A DNA stretch of 64,000 nt from Calditrichia bacterium (GTDB taxonomy: Bacteria > Calditrichota > Calditrichia > RBG-13-44-9 > J075), in NCBI GenBank assembly GCA_028284445.1, contig JANQRS010000011.1, positions 128,321 to 192,320 of the forward strand. Direction: 5' to 3'. Below, in pieces: positions 57,995 through 64,000 of this stretch. The position numbers were made by a program, and so were the translations under genes. Numbering within the stretch: position 1 is the stretch's first letter; each line of letters starts with the position of its first letter. Under the pieces are notes generated by a model. That model searched no databases, had not been told where the DNA came from, and was given only the letters and a program-made list of their open reading frames with translations.

Positions 57995-58594
57995 ATGTTG
58001 ACAATATTTATAATTGTTGCTGTTGTTGCGGTCGTTGCCTTTATTGCCTGGCGATTTACATCCGTCAGCCGCGGGGCGCAGAAGCGCGACGACAAGATTC
58101 TTAACTTGCTTGATCCACTAAGGCAAAAACTGGATAAGGGCGAATCAGTCTCGCGAGAAGAGGTGTCAGCCCTTGCCATCCGCCCGGAGGTCCGTCCGAC
58201 TCTTTCCAGCGTGCTTGCTAGTTTTGACAAGAGGGATTTGCTGGACGCCAAATACAATTCGCCAATTAGCCAGGCAGAAGCGGGACTCGCTTTCTGGCTC
58301 ATGCACCCCAATGAATTTGGTGAAGCGCCGGCAGCAATTGAGCACATTCAGCAAGTAGATTATCCGGTACGCAGCAATCACGGCGTCTTCCACGTCTTTC
58401 GATATAAAATGCCTGATGGACATTTGGCCGCAAAAGACGGCTGGCTGCTCGGCGTGGTCGGACCGATGAACGAAGAAGCAGAGCCTTACTCGCATAATCA
58501 TGGTGCATATTCGCGTAGCAGTGACACTGAAGGTAGCATAAGCCCGCAAGAACTGGTTGAACGGTGGGTCGGTATTGTCGAAAAAAACCGATGA
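57995..58594 (+). CDS. hypothetical membrane-anchored protein
   Basis: N-terminal TM. No recognised domain. Confidence 0.35.
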   Translation: MLTIFIIVAVVAVVAFIAWRFTSVSRGAQKRDDKILNLLDPLRQKLDKGESVSREEVSALAIRPEVRPTLSSVLASFDKRDLLDAKYNSPISQAEAGLAFWLMHPNEFGEAPAAIEHIQQVDYPVRSNHGVFHVFRYKMPDGHLAAKDGWLLGVVGPMNEEAEPYSHNHGAYSRSSDTEGSISPQELVERWVGIVEKNR

Positions 58595-59120
58595 AGAAAT
58601 TCGCTTTATTCTTGAACTGTTTTCAAAGGCGGAAGCACAAAACATTCCACTTTGGCTTGAAAGCGGCTGGGCGATAGATGCCCGCCTTGGAAAGATTGCC
58701 GGAGAGCACGAAGATATAGATCTTGCCTATCCGGCCGAACGGCTTGCTGATTTTATGGCCTTTCTCGATGTATTTCAAACTGCCAATTATGAGAAAACGG
58801 ATTATGGCTTTCTACTCACTGTCCGAGGCCATCTACTTGACTGCGAACCCTGCCAAGCAGAAGACGGGAAATATGAGCTGGAAGGTATGCCACATGGTTC
58901 CTGTCCAGAAACAAAAGAAGGTGTCCTCAATGGCATACCTGTTCGCTGCACAAGCTGGGAGACTATCCTCTGGGAATACTTCTACTATCTTGAAGAAGTG
59001 CCGCTATCGAATTGGCGCGAAAAAGATTTTGTCAGTTATCGATCGGTTTGTGAACAGCTCGGGAGTGAGGTTGTTACCCGGCAACATGCTGCGTTCAAGT
59101 CAAGAAATAGTGGTGTTTAG
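58557..59120 (+). CDS. aminoglycoside 2''-nucleotidyltransferase ANT(2'')-Ia (AadB)-like protein
   Basis: Strong similarity, recalled from memory, to AadB over its whole length (LPLW..GGWAIDARLG...H.DIDL..P...EDYGFL....LLDCEP......E....P.GSCPE...GV..G.PVRC.SWE.I.W.YFYY..EVP). Size 187 aa versus 177 aa for AadB. TTG start overlaps the upstream gene. Confidence 0.8.
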   Translation: MNGGSVLSKKTDEEIRFILELFSKAEAQNIPLWLESGWAIDARLGKIAGEHEDIDLAYPAERLADFMAFLDVFQTANYEKTDYGFLLTVRGHLLDCEPCQAEDGKYELEGMPHGSCPETKEGVLNGIPVRCTSWETILWEYFYYLEEVPLSNWREKDFVSYRSVCEQLGSEVVTRQHAAFKSRNSGV

Positions 59121-59184
59121 ATAGAGATTGTCAGGGGGCCTCTTTCGAAGGGGAGATGACGGAACATCTGCGCAAAATTAAGGG

Positions 59185-59562
59185 TTGTCAGTATGGGCAT
59201 CGCTGGTCAAGACGAACAACTGGACTCGCAAAGATCGCTTTCTCGAAGCTAAAGCTCAAATTCTGTCCTTGCCGGCGCCAACGCTTTATGCTGCACCGCT
59301 CTGGTGGTTCTGGGAAGAGCAGCCTCGAGCTACATACCAGCAACTGAACCAAACCCGTAATGAGCAGAAAGCGTATTGTGTTGTACTCGAGGAGGTTGCT
59401 CGGAAATACAATCGTTCGGTCCCCGGAAATTGGAAGATGCGGCCAATTACGGAATATCATGACAATATCGCACATGATGTAGAAAGTAAATGGTTAGTAG
59501 AATTCCTGCAATGGATCGACAAATGCTGTGATGCCGATGTGGGATTGTACTTAGATTACTAA
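59185..59562 (+). CDS. hypothetical protein
   Basis: 125 aa ORF with no recognisable domain. It could be non-coding. Confidence 0.3.
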   Translation: MSVWASLVKTNNWTRKDRFLEAKAQILSLPAPTLYAAPLWWFWEEQPRATYQQLNQTRNEQKAYCVVLEEVARKYNRSVPGNWKMRPITEYHDNIAHDVESKWLVEFLQWIDKCCDADVGLYLDY

Positions 59563-59630
59563 ATCGACAGCATCGTCTGAATTATCCTTCGAAAGGGTAA
59601 AAAGGATGTGACTGAACAAGCGAGGGATTT

Positions 59631-60560
59631 ATGAAAATTGCAATCGTAGGTGCCGGTGGTGTTGGCGGATATTTTGGTGGACGCCTTGCGCAGGCTGGAT
59701 ATGATGTTGTGTTTCTGGTGCGTGGCAAAACCCTCGCAGCTATACAAAAAAACGGCTTGAAAATTGAGAGCATCAATGGCGATGCGCATATTGACCCGGT
59801 GAAAGTCAGTGATGATCCGGCAGCAATTGGCACCGTCGACTACATCATCATGGGCGTCAAAGCCTGGCAAATTCCCGAAGCCGCAAAGCAGATCCAGCCG
59901 CTGGTTGGCCCTGACGCTACTGTCCTGCCCCTGCAGAATGGCGTTGAAGCACCAGGTCAACTGGCAAGTGTGCTTGGAAAGAAACATGTCCTTGGCGGAC
60001 TCTGCAAGATTATCAGCTTTGTTGTGGAGCCGGGCTACATTCGTCATATTGGCGCTGAGCCCAATATTGCCCTCGGTGAGCTGGACAATGAGCAAAGCTC
60101 CCGAGCTGAAAAACTGCGGGATGCATTTATCGCGGCAGGCGTGATGGCCAAAATCCCGTCTGATATTCAGGTTGCTATGTGGGACAAATTTCTTTTCATT
60201 ACCGCCGTAAGTGGAATTGGTGCTGTAACGGGGCAATCCATTGGAGAATTTCGCGCGGATCCAGCCCGGCGCAATCAGCTGGAGAAAGCACTGCAGGAAA
60301 TTCTGGCATTGGCACATGCTCGCAATGTGCCGCTCGCTGAAACCTCAGTGTCACGCAACCTGCGCTTTATTGATAGCTTGCCGCTTGAATCAACCGCCTC
60401 GATGCAGCGGGACATTATGGCCGGTCGTCCCTCCGAGCTGGAAAACCTTACTGGTGCTGTTGTGCGATTGGGTATTGATGCCGGTGTCCCAACCCCGGTA
60501 AATAGCGAGATCTATGCCCGCTTGAAGCCCAGGGAAGATGAAGCGCGGGCAGCACAATGA
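59631..60560 (+). CDS. panE: 2-dehydropantoate 2-reductase (ketopantoate reductase, ApbA/PanE family)
   Basis: N-terminal Rossmann IAIVGAGGVGGYFGGRLA. Family length of 309 aa. Confidence 0.8.
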   Translation: MKIAIVGAGGVGGYFGGRLAQAGYDVVFLVRGKTLAAIQKNGLKIESINGDAHIDPVKVSDDPAAIGTVDYIIMGVKAWQIPEAAKQIQPLVGPDATVLPLQNGVEAPGQLASVLGKKHVLGGLCKIISFVVEPGYIRHIGAEPNIALGELDNEQSSRAEKLRDAFIAAGVMAKIPSDIQVAMWDKFLFITAVSGIGAVTGQSIGEFRADPARRNQLEKALQEILALAHARNVPLAETSVSRNLRFIDSLPLESTASMQRDIMAGRPSELENLTGAVVRLGIDAGVPTPVNSEIYARLKPREDEARAAQ

Positions 60561-60819
60561 GAAATGACAAAAGTCAAATGAACAGCCACTTTTTAGTCCC
60601 CAATCTCTATTTTCTAAACCTTGAAACAAAAGCAAACGCACCACAGTCTATTCTCAATGCTGGGAGTGTACTGCCCGGAGTGGGGAATCAAGCCTGAAAG
60701 TATTGAAATTTTGCGCACGCTTGCCTAATTTTACCAATAGCTGATATCCCATCAGGGCAACTTTAAACGTCTCCGCTATCCAGTATTAACATTACAAGAA
60801 ATTGATATGGGGAATTTCT

Positions 60820-62562
60820 ATGTCAAGTATCAATGAACAAGTTGTAACCTCAGAGGCTGACAGTAAGGCCGAAGCCAAAAAGAAATTACGTCTATTGCCA
60901 GGCGTCATCCTGGTATCGATTCAATGGTTGTTGAGATTCGTGGTGCCTTCGTTCGCTGAAGAGCCGAGCATTGTCATGGGCTCTATCATGGGCAGCCTGA
61001 TTTTTGGTTTGGGTGTGCTACTTTGGTGGGCATTTTTCAGTCGTGCAGCAATTATTGAACGGCTGATCGGCGTTGGTCTAATTATCGCCGCGCTCTTTGT
61101 CGCGCCAACCATCTTGCACGAATCAATTACCGGTGGGATGATGGGGTTTATGTTCGGTATGTATGCCATACCTGCCATGTGTCTGGCCCTGGTTGCCTGG
61201 GCGGTAGCCACACGTGACTGGACAGGAAATGTGCGACTGACGTCAATGGTTGGCGCAATTGCCTTAGCTGCGTTGGTATTCGGCGTGCTTCGAACCGATG
61301 GCATTGAAGGTGACGGCACCTCGCAGTTTGCATGGCGTTGGAGCGAAACCTCAGAAGCCAAATTGCTGGATCAAGTGTCTGGCGATGTCGATACCGCACC
61401 AATGGCCACGGCTATCACAATGGACGTAGCCTGGCCGGGATATCGCGGACCAAATCGCGACGGTATTGTCCGCAGTGCCAATATCGCTACGGACTGGCAA
61501 GCATCTCCACCGAAAGAGCTTTGGCGACGGTCTGTTGGGCCTGCCTGGTCTTCCTTTGCTGTTCAAGGCGACGTTTTTTATACCCAGGAACAGCGTGGTG
61601 ATGATGAAATCGTGGCCTGTTATCGCCTAAGCGACGGTGAGCCTATTTGGATGCATCGCAATAACGTGCGCTTCTATGAGTCTAATGCCGGTGCCGGACC
61701 CCGCGGGACGCCTACTCTCTATGGTGGTAATGTCTATGCTTTTGGGGCCACCGGGCTTTTAGATGCACTTGATGCAAGCGACGGGACACGGATCTGGTCG
61801 CGCGATGTCAGCAAGGATGCCGATAAGAATGTCCCGATGTGGGGATTCTCCAGTTCGCCATTGGTTGTGGACAGCGTCGTTATCATCGCGGCTGTCGGTA
61901 AGCTAATGGGATATGATCTTGCTGGCGGGGAGCTGTTGTGGAGCGGACCGCGAGGTGGTCATGGATATAGCTCTCCGCATTTGTTTAAGCTCGATGGCGT
62001 TCAACAAGTGCTTCAGTTGAGTAGCACTGGTGCAGTTAGTTTGTCTGCCAAAGATGGCGCCGTTTTGTGGCAATATGATTGGCCGGGTGGTGGCAGGATA
62101 TGTCAACCAGCAGTTGCACCGAATGGCGATTTGCTCATCGCAGAAGGTGAAACTCGCAGCCTGCGTCGCGTTTCAGTGCAAAACAACGGCGGCAATTGGC
62201 AGATCGAGGAAAAGTGGACAACCAACCGCCTCAAACCTTATTTCAATGACTTTGTCGTGCACGAAGGAAATATTTACGGCTTCGACGGCCGCATCCTGAC
62301 CTGCGTCGATCTGGAAACCGGCGATCGCAAATGGAAAGGCGGACGCTATGGTCATGGCCAAATGGTGCTACTTGCCAACCAGGATCTCTTGGTTGTGCTT
62401 GCTGAAAAAGGAGATATCGCGCTTGTCTCGGCAACTGATGACAAATTCAGCGAGCTTGGGCGTGTGCCAGCTATAAAGAGCAAGACCTGGAATCATCCGG
62501 TGCTGGTTGATGATGTGTTGCTGGTGCGCAATGGCGAAGAAATGGCGGCTTTCAAGCTTTAA
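60820..62562 (+). CDS. membrane-anchored PQQ-like beta-propeller repeat protein
   Basis: Five TM helices, then a propeller paralogous to the C-terminal half of 20521..22974 (shared WGFSSSP, GE(L/P)(L/I)W, YGGNVY/YNGLLY blades). Confidence 0.7.
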   Translation: MSSINEQVVTSEADSKAEAKKKLRLLPGVILVSIQWLLRFVVPSFAEEPSIVMGSIMGSLIFGLGVLLWWAFFSRAAIIERLIGVGLIIAALFVAPTILHESITGGMMGFMFGMYAIPAMCLALVAWAVATRDWTGNVRLTSMVGAIALAALVFGVLRTDGIEGDGTSQFAWRWSETSEAKLLDQVSGDVDTAPMATAITMDVAWPGYRGPNRDGIVRSANIATDWQASPPKELWRRSVGPAWSSFAVQGDVFYTQEQRGDDEIVACYRLSDGEPIWMHRNNVRFYESNAGAGPRGTPTLYGGNVYAFGATGLLDALDASDGTRIWSRDVSKDADKNVPMWGFSSSPLVVDSVVIIAAVGKLMGYDLAGGELLWSGPRGGHGYSSPHLFKLDGVQQVLQLSSTGAVSLSAKDGAVLWQYDWPGGGRICQPAVAPNGDLLIAEGETRSLRRVSVQNNGGNWQIEEKWTTNRLKPYFNDFVVHEGNIYGFDGRILTCVDLETGDRKWKGGRYGHGQMVLLANQDLLVVLAEKGDIALVSATDDKFSELGRVPAIKSKTWNHPVLVDDVLLVRNGEEMAAFKL

Positions 62563-62573
62563 AGAACTCACAT

Positions 62574-62670
62574 ACATACCACGAATGTATGCGAATAAGC
62601 ACGAATGATTATATCGGGTAAAGTTTATCTGTAGAAAATTCGCGGAAATTTGTGTTTATTCGTGGTATGT
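62574..62670. repeat. 13-bp perfect inverted repeat (ACATACCACGAAT / ATTCGTGGTATGT) separated by 71 nt in an AT-rich intergenic region
   Basis: Directly visible. Arms at 62574-62586 and 62658-62670. The spacer contains internal ACGAATG direct repeats. Confidence 0.8.
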
Positions 62671-62860
62671 TTTATTGATTCGAACTTCCTTGCATTGGAT
62701 CACACACCAATTTACTTTCAGACTGAACTTTAGATCGTGTTCAGGTGAAGAAGATTTGCCAGGTCTTACAATCAAGCTCGAACACAGATATGTCGATGAT
62801 GACGGTATTCTCTCTAGCTATCGACTCCGCTTTGCAGGCCAGGTTTGAAAAGGGTATAGA

Positions 62861-63688
62861 ATGATCAGAAAGATGACCAAGCCGATTCGACGGACTTATC
62901 GCCAGGTGAGTTCCAAAAGGCGGGTCTTGCCGAACTTTATCATAATAGGTGCTCAGAAATGCGGTAGCACCAGTCTCTACAACTATATCATCCAGCATCC
63001 CGGCATCGTCCGCAGCCATGTTCAGGAAATACATTATTTCGACAACGGCTTAACGCGCGACGTTGATGCTTATGCAAAAGGTGAACGTTGGTACCGCAGC
63101 AATTTTCCCCTTGCAAGCGAGATGGCAGGCGGCAAACAGACATTCGAATGTTCGCCGCTCTACATTTACCACCCGCTGGTACCGAAGCGGATTGCAAATT
63201 TGTTACCGCAGATCAAGCTTGTTGCCCTGCTGCGCAATCCGGTGGAACGGGCAATCTCACACTATTTCCACGAGCAGCGCAAAGGAAGAGAAACATTGCC
63301 AGTGATGGATGCTTTCCTGGCGGAACCAGATCGTCTTGCTGTTCTCGAAGAGAGCTCCGATTACAAGAGCAAGGCATTCTTGAACCATTCCTATCTGCGA
63401 CGCGGACGTTATGCTGAACAACTGCAGCGTTACCTGGAATATTTTGAGCGGAAACAGATCCTCGTCATCAATAGCGAACTGCTGTTTGACGAGCCATCGG
63501 AGGCATTAAGGCGAGTTTTTGAATTTGTGGATCTCGATAGTTCGTTCGAGGTGCCGAATTTGAAGCCAAGCAACGTCGGAAAGAATCGGACTAAGGTCGC
63601 CCCTGAGATCTACCAATACCTGGATGATTATTTCAAACCATACAACACCGCCCTCTTTGATCTGATAGGCCAGGAATTTCCCTGGTAG
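62861..63688 (+). CDS. sulfotransferase family protein
   Basis: 5'-PSB motif (IIIGAQKCGSTSL) and 3'-PB region (LRNPVERAIS). Confidence 0.7.
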   Translation: MIRKMTKPIRRTYRQVSSKRRVLPNFIIIGAQKCGSTSLYNYIIQHPGIVRSHVQEIHYFDNGLTRDVDAYAKGERWYRSNFPLASEMAGGKQTFECSPLYIYHPLVPKRIANLLPQIKLVALLRNPVERAISHYFHEQRKGRETLPVMDAFLAEPDRLAVLEESSDYKSKAFLNHSYLRRGRYAEQLQRYLEYFERKQILVINSELLFDEPSEALRRVFEFVDLDSSFEVPNLKPSNVGKNRTKVAPEIYQYLDDYFKPYNTALFDLIGQEFPW

Positions 63689-63740
63689 TTTTTTTAGTAG
63701 CAGTAGCAGTGTGTCATGATTCGCCCCTAAAGGAGTCCCG

Positions 63741-64000
63741 ATGTCATATCTGCCCAAATGTTTTCTTGCTTTTTTTGCTTTCGCCGGACTGTTCTCGATA
63801 AACGGTATATGCGATTCAAAAGCGGATTCACTAAAAGATGAATTCAACGGCTTATTGGATACAATAGTCTCAAGCACGAATATTCCCGGGGCGCTTCTTG
63901 CAGTGCATACGCCTGCGCTGAACCTGGATTGGGAGGGCGCGGCCGGCGTTTCTGAGATCAAAGATAGCACCGCCCTCAACCCGGATGCTCCACTGCGCAT
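63741..64000 (+). CDS. serine hydrolase (beta-lactamase/PBP-like), N-terminal part only; runs off the window
   Basis: AGGAG RBS. Signal peptide. Then IPGALLAVHTP...WEGAAG, typical of a beta-lactamase-family N-terminus. No stop before the window edge. Not in the ORF track, which only lists a shadow ORF on the minus strand here. Confidence 0.5.
   Translation, partial: MSYLPKCFLAFFAFAGLFSINGICDSKADSLKDEFNGLLDTIVSSTNIPGALLAVHTPALNLDWEGAAGVSEIKDSTALNPDAPLR

Noticed and set aside
59559-60317. 252 aa ORF on the minus strand
   Set aside because: Antisense to the ketopantoate reductase gene with its clear Rossmann motif. Shadow ORF.
63506-64000. 164 aa ORF on the minus strand at the window edge
   Set aside because: It overlaps the 3' end of the sulfotransferase gene, and the plus-strand beta-lactamase-like start has an RBS and signal peptide. 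The plus-strand reading is preferred.

Overview
The window is a 64 kb chromosomal segment at about 50% GC, most likely from an uncultivated diderm (Gram-negative) bacterium. The diderm call rests on several outer-membrane beta-barrel proteins, an OMPLA/PldA homolog and many lipobox lipoproteins. No tRNA, rRNA, CRISPR array, transposase or integrase is present. About 80 protein-coding genes are packed tightly, and all but one lie on the + strand.

Recognisable content:
- a hemY-hemH haem-synthesis pair preceded by a frameshifted cupin;
- an ECF42-type sigma factor followed by its two YciI-like (DGPF) partners;
- a large set of small-molecule modifying and detoxifying enzymes: five GNATs, three alpha/beta hydrolases, four beta-lactamase-family serine hydrolases, an MBL hydrolase, a VOC protein, TPMT, an isochorismatase-family hydrolase, SDR, MOSC, ABM, an LLM oxidoreductase and an ANT(2'')-Ia-like aminoglycoside nucleotidyltransferase;
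- peptidases of the S9, S41 and M23 families;
- two paralogous PQQ-type beta-propeller proteins, one fused to a seven-repeat FG-GAP propeller and one membrane-anchored.

The most unusual items:
- a tightly coupled three-gene module made of a secreted ADP-ribosylglycohydrolase-like protein, an adenylate-kinase-like P-loop protein and a nuclease-like/wHTH protein;
- an amino-acid permease fused to a PTS EIIA(Ntr)-type domain;
- a perfect (ATCAAGC)x12 heptanucleotide microsatellite in the 5' region of a GNAT gene;
- an operon linking a WG-repeat protein, an ATL DNA-damage sensor, a beta-lactamase-like hydrolase and a P-loop kinase;
- an envelope cluster (Coa1-like protein, S41 peptidase, vWA protein, a DnaJ-type zinc-finger polytopic membrane protein);
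- several decayed gene remnants (cupin, SnoaL-like, Rieske oxygenase).

All functional calls come from motif and architecture recognition by eye. No database search was run.
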